Shown here piece by piece: positions 1 through 9,197 of a DNA stretch of 48,265 bases. Each line of letters opens with the position of its first letter. Within the stretch, counting starts at the first letter, position 1. A model generated the notes under the pieces. That model had not been told where the DNA came from and did not search any database. It saw only the letters and a program-made list of their open reading frames with translations. Both the position numbers and the translations under genes were made by a program. The stretch is from Nemertoderma westbladi (lineage: Eukaryota; Animalia; Xenacoelomorpha): contig JAUCBJ010009138.1 in assembly GCA_032718475.1 (NCBI GenBank), positions 1-48,265 on the forward strand, in the 5' to 3' direction.

Positions 1-1
1 C

Positions 2-1546
2 AGTCTGGAATCGAGGTATGTTAAGATGTTGGATGCTCTCATCCTCGTCCCAATTATAAAGGTCTGCTTGAGTAGTAGCGAAGTTCTTTATAGCCACCAT
101 TTTCACTGACCTTATCCTATGTTCTCCTAGTTCGTCTTGTGGGGTGGACAACACGCCTACATAATAATCAGCTGTTATTGTAGATTTCCAAACTTGCATA
201 ATGCCTGACATGTTGAGCTTAGTTTGGAACTTGGGTTGTCCAGCAAATATATCTTCGGCTAGCTCTTTATCGATGAATGTTCCTGTGCTGCCGGAGTCCA
301 GGAGGGCGTTCACTACATAACTCCGTTTAGGTCCGTGCACCCTTACCTGCACCACAGGAAACTCTCGGATCCCTACATTGGAAGATGGCTCTTTCCAAGA
401 TGGTTGTCGTTCAGAAGTAGTTAGAGTGAAGTCGCTGTCTGTATCCTTTTCATATGTGAGTGCTCGATACACTGCGGTATTTATCATGTAACAGGATTCG
501 TTTTCGTCGGAGAACTCGTCTGTATAGAATCCTTCCATCTCAGATTGATCAGTGTCGTTCACATCACTGAATTGGACATGTAGCTCGGAATCACTTACCT
601 GATTCGGACTATTTCGATCGAATTCAGCGTGCAACAAGATATGATGTTTCGCACCACACTTTGCACACCTTATGTCAGAGAAACAGGTTCGCCGTTGGTG
701 TCCTTGTCTGAGGCAATTATAACATAACCGCTTATCCCACATGACTTCGCGTCTCTCCGTTAATGATTTCTTTAGAAATTCGTCACACCTATTCAAATGG
801 TGGGTCCCGTCACACAGCGCACATTTTGGTTTGATGTTACTTACCTTATTCTGAGTCACATTGTGTACACTGGCCTTTTCTTCGGGCTTTCTCACCTGAA
901 TTCTCTTGGGAGACGTGGGAGGAGTTTTTCTTACCTGTTCTCTCCTGTCATTTGCTCGAGACTTGAATTTACTTACCTGATCTTTAGGCATTTTATTGAC
1001 ATAATAAGATCTATCAGTGTCTTTCCCGCTATCTTCTCCTTGAGAAGTCTGGCTTTCGCCGTCGTCTGTATAACACACTGGTGTTACCTTTCTCCTAGAG
1101 ACGGGTTTTTCACTTACCTTGTTTTCCGGTGTCTTCTCTCGGGACTGCTTGAGGAGTTGCAATTTCACTTCTCCATCCAAGAATGACATGAGATCAGCCA
1201 TGGTAGGGTCTCGTCGTTGTTGTTCCATCATATATAGTACTTTCTTATCCCAGCGTGTACCTACTCCACCCTTCGGTAAAGTAGAAGCCACTGCTCTAAT
1301 AACCATAGTGTTCTGATACTCATGAGACTTGCCTAGCCAATCTAATTGTCTGCAGATCTCCTGGATCTCATCGGAAAACTCGATAATTCCGCTACTAATA
1401 AACTTTCGGGGCGCTACTAACTTTGCATACAAGTACCCAGCGATATTATTCCTATTACCATACCTGATGTTTAGTGTATCCCAAACTTGTCTTAATCCGT
1501 CTGGATGTCCAATAAACTTTAACGCCATTAACTTGGGAGATCCTTC
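2..1546 (-). pseudogene. gag-pol: BEL/Pao element A gag-protease polyprotein fragment (5'-truncated, runs off the left edge)
   Basis: Manual translation of the minus strand is open. It gives a DUF1759-type Gag (VWDTLNIRYGN...IIEFSDEI), three BEL-type knuckles (CALCDGTHHLNRC; CYNCLRQGHQRRTC; CAKCGAKHHILLH) and the aspartic protease motif ALLDSGSTGTFI. It is absent from the ORF track because there is no stop before the window edge. Confidence 0.9.
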
Positions 1547-1553
1547 CTTCCTA

Positions 1554-3623
1554 GGAACTACGCGAATGATACATATACGAGGACCCGCTGGTTCTACCCA
1601 CGTATTCACTCGAGCGTGTTCCGACGTGATTGATTATTCTTTTGAAACTCTTACGGAGATACAAAAGAAACTTTGACATGGACAATTCGAGCTCGCGCAG
1701 CGTTACGTCACCGACACCGAGCGCAAACCGGCCATGGGTATCGATGGATCAATGTTACCCCAACCTGTACTCGCAATGTTGTTTAACGAAAGAATTCTAA
1801 AAATCGGCTCAGCTGTTTATGGAGATCTCCAAAACGACTTCCGGAATATGGAGAACATTCCATACCCTTTCGTTGATACTCAGCTGATTGCTCCTTGGGC
1901 CGAAGGCCGAGGTTTCTTTCGCACCATGTATGCCAATACCCCCAGCGGCATTACTAAAGTACAACGGACATCCATCGGACATCTGGCCTTTCAAGAATAT
2001 GGTTGGAATTTCAAAGTTGGAAATCCTATAAATTACCAGCAAGTATATGGGGATCATTACTCTCGTTTATATTTTGATGGACCATTAACTGCGCCTGGTG
2101 CCGTATATAGCTTTATGAGTGTTCCCCTTCGTCCTTCCTTAGCTATATACACGATCTTTGAAAACGCAGCACTTGCCGGTTGGCTAGCCGATGTGTGCAG
2201 TCGTACCATACGCGCTCACCCGTTAATACTTGGAACTAAACTCGCCAAGTTAGACGAACACAATAAGTTCATACGTTTCGAATGTTTCCGGCGCTTTCTG
2301 ACTCCGTTCCGTAACGTCGATAGTCAGTTCAAGGATCGCGCGCTGACCAAGCTCAGTCTTAGAGACTCAGCTGCAGAGAAACTGAGTAGCGCTGGATTTG
2401 CCGTCTTTCAAGACGTTTGTATACAGAACCTACATTCATCCGTTATACAAAGACCCCGAATATCTACAGGTTATTCTGTCGTGGAAATACAGACAGTGGG
2501 TCCACTTACGGAAACCGACGCACCCACTTCGTCTATGCAGCTGGAGGATGAACCAGTATGCTTGGAATCAGAAGCGATTCAACCTACGGCTTCCCGGAGC
2601 AGTGACAATGATTATGTCATAGAGTGGTATCAAGGTCCACAGCGTCTCACAGCGTACGATTATCGACACGCCAACTACGTTTCCCGAAAACGTTGTCGAT
2701 TATGCGCATCGAGAGACCACTTCACTCCTCTAGACTCGAGCGTACCTTGTTCCTATTTCCTCGAACAACCGATGATGGAAATATATTGTGCTTATTGCCG
2801 GCTTAATAACTCTCATATATTTGCCGTCTGCCCACAATTTATGACTCAATGTCACTACTGCCAACTTAAAGGACACGAAAGTTACAATTGTCCCTTTAAT
2901 CGCGATTTAGAGAGCGTAGACGAGATGATCACCCTGCGATACATCCGAGCTTGGGAAGCGAACGCAGATTTACATTGCGAATCCAGACATCGCTATTACC
3001 CTGGACGAGCTTACGAGGGAGTTTACGCGTTCCATCCTTACCTATTCGCGTCGATTGAACAGAAAACACGCGTACCAAGTTACGAGTTAATAAAGCGTGT
3101 TGGTGAGTGTATTTCCACCAAGTTTGTCAGGAAATACCTTAGAAACGTTAACCCTAATGATATAACCACATATCACCTGATCAATTTTATCCGTCAGGAC
3201 CCTGAGTATGGCGACATTTTCGTGAACTCGCATCCTGAACTCCAGGAAGTATCTCGGCGCCCATATGAATATCGAACCCGAGAACGCGAGCTGGAGAGAA
3301 CCATTAAACCGAGAAAGTTCCTCACCACTCACGGTCCACCCACCGCTAGTGTCCAGACGACCCGTCAAGGACCCGTAGGAGCTGCTGTCCTGAGACGCGC
3401 TCTAAAGGCCGTTAGATCTCGCTCCACTGAGGTTGATATTAATCAACCAGGTACTTCGACCGGCGGGTATACCGATCGTAACCCTGCACCTTCTGATGCA
3501 ATTATATTGCACCCTTCGCCTAGGAGCTACAGCCCTCCTCGTAAAGTGGCTCGCCCCAAAGAGAAAAGGACTCTTGCTAGCCTCAAGAAACTGCGTAAAC
3601 GCCGTCCGCGCAAGAAAGACTAA
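1554..3623 (+). pseudogene. Element A accessory ORF: DEDDy 3'-5' exonuclease-like domain plus CCHC zinc knuckles and a basic C-terminus (N-terminus lost, in-frame TGA at 1674-1676)
   Basis: ORF 1734-3623 is in frame with 1554-1673. Motifs: LPQPVLAMLFNERILKIGSAVYGD (ExoII region), FVDTQ, SIGHLA, PLRPSLAIYTIFE (ExoIII region), CRLC..H..C, CAYC..SH..CP, CHYCQLKGHESYNC. The tail KKLRKRRPRKK is NLS-like. Clearly homologous to 15610-17661. Confidence 0.75.
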
Positions 3624-3693
3624 CTGTTTAGAGTATTTTTATATTTTAGAAATTGTGATTTTGTATATTTTATAGACTTAAATCCCATTTTCT

Positions 3694-3701
3694 GGGAGCG
3701 G
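3694..3701 (+). promoter_or_regulatory. Probable polypurine tract of element A
   Basis: GGGAGCGG lies directly before TGTAAAAG, about 70 bp after the accessory ORF stop. Confidence 0.55.
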
Positions 3702-4917
3702 TGTAAAAGCTTTTGTGGGATAACTGATTCGTTTGCCTTGTTGGCCAGTTCCCCCCCGGTCGCTAGAATACTCTAAAGGGATCTATAGCTAAAAATAGTG
3801 CAAGCTACCAGCTTATTGGCTGATTTGCTGTACGCAGGTATCTGGGCTCTGTTTAATCGGCCAACCAGCCTAGGGAGGTTGCGTCATAGCCTTGTTTTTG
3901 TATCTCCCAATAGAATTTGAGTTAGCCTTGATTTTGACCTATCACAGAGCTACTGAACTGAAATTTTCCTATCTCACTGCTCTTTCTCTGTGTTGAACGG
4001 GAGCTTCGTGGAATAAGGGTAGTTGGTATCCTCGTATAGAGAGTAGTCACGAGTTTTTCAAAGCCACGAAAGAACGGCTTTTTAGTGTTTTGTGCTTTCT
4101 GCTTTTTAGCTCAACACTAGTAGGTTTAATTATAAGGACATATATCCTTTAACTGCAATTTCGTAATCACTGGCGGCTGTGAATATCACTGGCTTTTAAT
4201 CACTTGAATATCTCACTGCTAAAAATTACCTGCTCAATCAATACTGTATACTGCTATTTGTTGTCGGTTATTCATTATATTTGTTGATGAATTATTATAT
4301 TGGAATAACGAGAAATAACCCCGAAAACCCAATATTCTTGATATACCGAAGGTAAGAGAGAAAGGTTACCAATAACGATTGTGACTTATGTTAAAGTGGT
4401 TTGAAGTGAATCTAATGTTATTTGATAGACCCTACATGAGTCAGTCTGTGTTCCTTTTATATGTGACTAAAATCAGTGAAGATTGGCAGATTAGTGTGCA
4501 GTATTGTGCAGCATTGTGTACGAGTGAGTCTGTTAAAGAAGCATTTCCTAAAGAATGCGCCATATATGTGAATTATAATTAAGCCATATCGTTGTGAGTA
4601 GTTTAAGTCATAACTCTGTTTATATAAATAAAGCGCCACGTCCTAAAGGAACTGTTAATATTCCCGAAGGTGAATAATATTGTCAGAGATTATATAATAC
4701 TGTCAGTCGAATAATACATTAGGCTTACATAGCAATAAAATTAAACCGTCGAACCCAATCTCCCGGGAATATCCAGCGGGTGAATGATCGCGCACAGATT
4801 GGTTTCGACTAGTGTAGTGAATCAAATACTTGTCATAGGCTAAAAAGCGATTTAATATCTAGAAGACATCTTAATTTGGCGGGTTAAACTGCCAAAGGTC
4901 TGAAAGCGCGAACAACA
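3702..4917 (+). mobile_element. Probable 3' LTR of element A (right end uncertain)
   Basis: Starts with TGT after the PPT. Contains TATATTGG...CCCAATATTCTTGAT (~4296-4342), resembling the promoter-like region of the element B LTR. AATAAA at ~4627 and ~4734. Candidate end ...GAACAACA at 4917. No partner LTR in the window. Confidence 0.5.
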
Positions 4918-6186
4918 TCCTTTAAAAATCAAACGAACACTGTGTAGGCCTACAGTATATGTTATAAATTCTTATCACCACTTGGTCAGTATAGAATAAA
5001 TTGAAAATATGCCCATCATAAAATATATTGGCTCAAATGATATTTTCGCACAAAATCGTATATTTAATAATAATGGATTGGAGAAGTAGATATTTCTGAT
5101 TGAAAGCTACAAATTTCAGATATCCAAATTAATATTTCAGTCAACCATGGACTTCAAGAATTTATTTCAATTGATTTAATATATTTGTGGTGATGGTTAA
5201 TGGAATTTTAAATTGCCTGAAATAAGTGATTCGAACGGCACAGTGCTTAAAATAACTTTTTAGGTGAGAGGCTGGCTGGCCTCCGACCTAACAAAGCAGT
5301 GTGAGTAACATTATAGATATTCCCATAGGATTCACTGGGAAGAGCTATTCAGCTGGTGGGGTAAAACGTTACAAACTAACAGTTGATGTTTGATTACTGT
5401 CTGGGATAGAGTGAGAGAGTAATAAATTTGGCAAGTAATATACTTCTGTGCAGTTTGGGCCTATCCATTCAATAAATAGTAGTAGCTTACTAGGCCCTCA
5501 TGAGCAACAGCAGCTGGTGTTTCTATCATGGAGTCTATGGCAATTTTTGTGTTTTGGGGATATTTTTCGAAATAAATAAAAGACACTTTAGTAATTTTTT
5601 TCAATACTTACTTCCACTACTGGGTTAACCTGCGTTGTTTGATATATCTTTCATTGATGGATGAGCTATAGGTTCGGACCTCGCAGTTTTCACTTTCCCC
5701 ACAGCAGTACAACTATCGCTCAACTTCATAATCGCTCACCACACTTACTATACTATAGAAAATTCACTAAACTATAATTAACCAAAGTAACTAAAAGTAC
5801 AACACGAAAACCATTCCAATGTTTAGTTAGTGCATATCGGCTTTCAATAATCGTGACATGAGTTCTTGTTTTGTCATTTAAATAATAATACACATAATCT
5901 TCAACTTCTTTCTATTAGTTATCTATTCTAAATCATTATTAAAATTTATCTGAATTACCGGAAAACAGTCAATTTTAAGTCGTTTTCACTATCTTCCGAG
6001 TTAAACTCAGTACATTAAAATTTAACATAACTTATTTCCAGAAATCTTTACAACTCTGCGAACCAGGGATTAATCAGTATATTAAACCCAGGCTACTACC
6101 CACACGATGATGCTTTCCAACCTCTCGCTGGCAACGCTGCAACTTCTATGATACGCCACATAGAACATGTAAGATACATTTAGATA

Positions 6187-6440
6187 TTAATTAATTAATT
6201 AATTATATAGCGGTTTTCTATGCTCAGCATACTCAAAGCTTTTTTATTATTCCCAGCCAGGTTCAGGTTCCCAGCAATAATGCAAGGGTCCTATTATATA
6301 TACAGCTGAGTTGGTGTACAGGGACATAGTAGGGACACAATAGTGGGAAATTTCTACATAAATTTGATGGATTCGAACTTATATCACCAAATGCAATTGT
6401 GAAAACAGGATCAAGCGCTGTATCCACTCAGACACTGGCA
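6187..6440 (-). mobile_element. Degenerate tRNA-derived SINE with an L2-like 3' tail
   Basis: On the minus strand: A-box-like TGTCTGAGTGG, B-box-like AGTTCGAATCC (6369-6379), then tail GCTTTGAG...GAAAACCGCTATATAA followed by (TTAA)n. Confidence 0.55.
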
Positions 6441-7603
6441 CATTCATGTGCATGGCTGGATTTATGAATAGGACAACTAGGTCATGGCCTCGGGACCTCC
6501 CTCCAGGAGGGGGCCCCCCTGCTTCATTACATTTGCACTTCCATTAAAAGCCCATTAAGGAATATGACCTGACCAGTAGTGCCCCTCGTGATTCAGTAGT
6601 AGGCAGATTTGCCTGCTAGCATATTATTAAATGACAACATTCCAGGTTTGTGGTTTCCCAAAATTTCGATAACCTATTCCACTGGTGATTGTTGAATTTT
6701 CTTCATTGTTTTGTTGGCTAGGTTCAGAAACTAAACAAAAATGCTTAATGGAACTGGATAGATTGCATGATTAAAATGATATGTTAGGTCGACCCTGATT
6801 AGCAGAAAAGTTGAACTGGCCGTAGAGAACCCGAAGACTACTCCTTTCTTTATCCATCAATGCGCGATTCTTATCAGCAATATCTTTCATATCAATTGGT
6901 TGCATTTTATGAGTATAGTTGTGTAGAACGATCCCAATCTGATTTGTAGATTCTTGAGCTATTTTGTTGCTGACATAGTTGAACTGTATACTTTCCTCAG
7001 TGCGAACTGAAGCTTTATAGTTTTTATTTCTTGTAGATTCAAATATTTTGTACCACATTATAGTATCTCATTGACATGAGTTGTCGTAATGCCCTGTATT
7101 TCCTTATTGACGATGAGATAGGAAACTGCTGTATCAAATGATTGCATTCACACAAAACTTCCTTGAAAATGAAGTACTATTGTCGTCACCTTCATTCAGT
7201 CCATAGATACATTCTGAAAAGCTGTAGCTTAATATGTATTATCCTCCCTCGTCGGTTTCAGAAATATTTCATGGTTTGGGCATGATCCTAAAGATATGCG
7301 CAGTGTTCGCGGTATTTCAACTTTTCATAACGCGAGTTGAATATTTTTTGTATTTATTTAAAATGATTATTCCGATATCACTACTGGGTGCGGGACCATG
7401 GGTTTTGGGCACACTCAATGAACTGGGGCGATTTATGGCCGAATATTGGGGCGACTTACAGGGTACGGGATTCATTTCATGTATATAAGGGCCAGGGGGG
7501 GAAGGAAAAGTTAAGCAGTATTCAGGTTTACCTGATTACTATTAGGTCTAGCCAACTTCCTGCTGCCTGTAGAGGTGGATTTGGTAACTCGCTAGGTCTA
7601 AAG

Positions 7604-8420
7604 GACAAGGACTGCCCTTAGCGGTCCCTGGCCAACAGCAGTTATTATGAGCCTGAAAAGGACATCGGAAAGGCTGCTGCTTGTGTCAGGGATTTGCGAC
7701 GGGAAACGACGACAGACCCCGTAGCCAAGCCGTACTGGTTCTCGATTATCGTTCCCTTCGGGGTTCGTGAGGGGTGGGACGGACACGCGAAAGGGTCGAC
7801 CAACTAACAAGAGGAAGGGTTTGACGAGGACTGCCCTTAGCGGTCTCTGGTCAACAGCAGTTATTACGAGCCTGAAAAGGACATCGGAAAGTCTGCTGCT
7901 TGTGCCAGGGATTTGCGACGGGAACCGACGACAGACCCCTTAGCCTAGCCGTACTGGTTCTCGATGATCGTTCCCTTCGGGGTTCGTGAGGGGTGGGACG
8001 GACACGCGACGGGGTCGAAAGACAAAGGACTGGACTCTACTGGCCTACCGACTGTTCGGAGCAGTTTCTCGGCTGCCGAAGCGACTACGAGCCTGAATAA
8101 GGACTCGGAAAGCCTAGGTGGTTGGGTCCTGCGATGAACCGACGGACCCCTAGCCAAGCCGTACTGGTTCTCGATGATCGTTCCCTTCGGGGTTCGTGAG
8201 GGGTGGGACGGACACGTGAACGGGTCCACCGACACGACAGACTCCTAGCCAAGCCATACTGGTTCTCGATGACCGATCCCTTCGGGGTTCGTGAGGGGTG
8301 GTACGGATACGCGACAGAGTCTACTGACTGGACCGACCCTTAGCCAAGCCATACTGGTTCTCGATGATCGATCCCTTCGGGGTTCGGGAGGGGTGGTACG
8401 GACACGCAACAGGGTCGACC
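7604..8420 (+). repeat. Tandem GC-rich repeats within the LTR (two ~219-bp units plus shorter units, five hairpin cores)
   Basis: Core CCGTACTGGTTCTCGATGATCGTTCCCTTCGGGGTTCGTGAGGGGTGGGACGG at ~7730, 7949, 8159, 8254 and 8349. Confidence 0.9.
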
Positions 8421-8567
8421 GACACCGACACTACGGCACCAAGACTAGGACCGAGGGAAAATCTGGGGAACATTAGTTAGGCTAAAATCTGAGAGAACAG
8501 TGGGTAATTAAATAATTTACTGTAGGGATTTATATTGTCGTGTATTATTATTGTGAATAATTTGGTG

Positions 8568-8602
8568 TATATTGGTTTGGGGAAGCCCAATTTATTCTCA
8601 AT
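8568..8602 (+). promoter_or_regulatory. Candidate LTR core promoter (TATA-like plus Inr-like)
   Basis: TATATT at 8568-8573 lies about 26 bp before TTATTC (TYAKTY Inr-like, A at 8594). This coincides with the segment complementary to the PBS position. Confidence 0.45.
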
Positions 8603-8800
8603 CAAGGTTCAACTGTAGGGAAGTTACATTAAAGAGTATATCCAACCAATGCAGCTTTTTCTCAACCGCAATCTTGCATTTAAGAACGGGTTCCTTATCC
8701 ACAATCAATATCCGGTGACTGGCCGGGATTCCGTGGTCTGTAAAGTTCCGCCTCCAGCATCGGCGTTTTCCCCCATGGTGTCGGGAATAACGGCAACAAA

Positions 8801-8812
8801 ATTGAGAATAAA
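8801..8812 (+). promoter_or_regulatory. Primer-binding-site position: non-tRNA, complementary to LTR 8591-8602
   Basis: ATTGAGAATAAA lies 2 nt after the LTR end, has no TGG, and is the exact reverse complement of TTTATTCTCAAT. Confidence 0.7.
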
Positions 8813-9005
8813 ACGCGGCCAACTTCAACTGGTGGAAGTTGGGAATCCTGCAATACTCTTCAAACTCTCTCCGTGCTTACCCAGCACCCACTACGAGGAA
8901 ACTCTGGTATTTGAGTTAAGACAAAGCCGTGGTTTAATCAATCGACAAACTCGATCAAATAAACTCGTAGTCGGCAGATCACATATAGAGAGTCGTTAAC
9001 AGGGA

Positions 9006-9197
9006 ATGGAAGTATCGATCACACCCATTGACATAATTCAAGTTGAGCCAGGAATCTGGCACGTCGAGGTTGAAGTACAAGGAACGAACGTCGGACGATT
9101 CAGGATTACCGTTCGAGTAGTCCAAGCCGAGTACGAGAGCTACGAAGAACTATTCTATGACATCGCATATCTCGCTATCAACGAGGCGCTAGAATGA
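9006..9197 (+). CDS. 63-aa small upstream ORF overlapping the gag start (ATGA)
   Basis: Good start context (GGAATGG). Alternating hydrophobic beta-strand pattern followed by an acidic amphipathic helix. Its TGA overlaps the gag ATG at 9194. Confidence 0.4.
   Translation: MEVSITPIDIIQVEPGIWHVEVEVQGTNVGRFRITVRVVQAEYESYEELFYDIAYLAINEALE

Larger units (their letters stand above)
7304..8798 (+). repeat. 5' LTR of element B (1495 bp)
   Basis: Begins at the TSD with TGTT and ends CGGCAACA. Its last 504 bp match 17687-18190. Confidence 0.93.

Noticed and set aside
797-1545. Plus-strand ORFs 797-1186, 1119-1316 and the first part of 1329-1676
   Set aside because: They are antisense shadows of the minus-strand gag.
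7649-7675. Hammerhead ribozyme (CTGA...GAAA)
   Set aside because: The CUGANGA core and three-stem junction could not be assembled. It is better explained as a GNRA hairpin.
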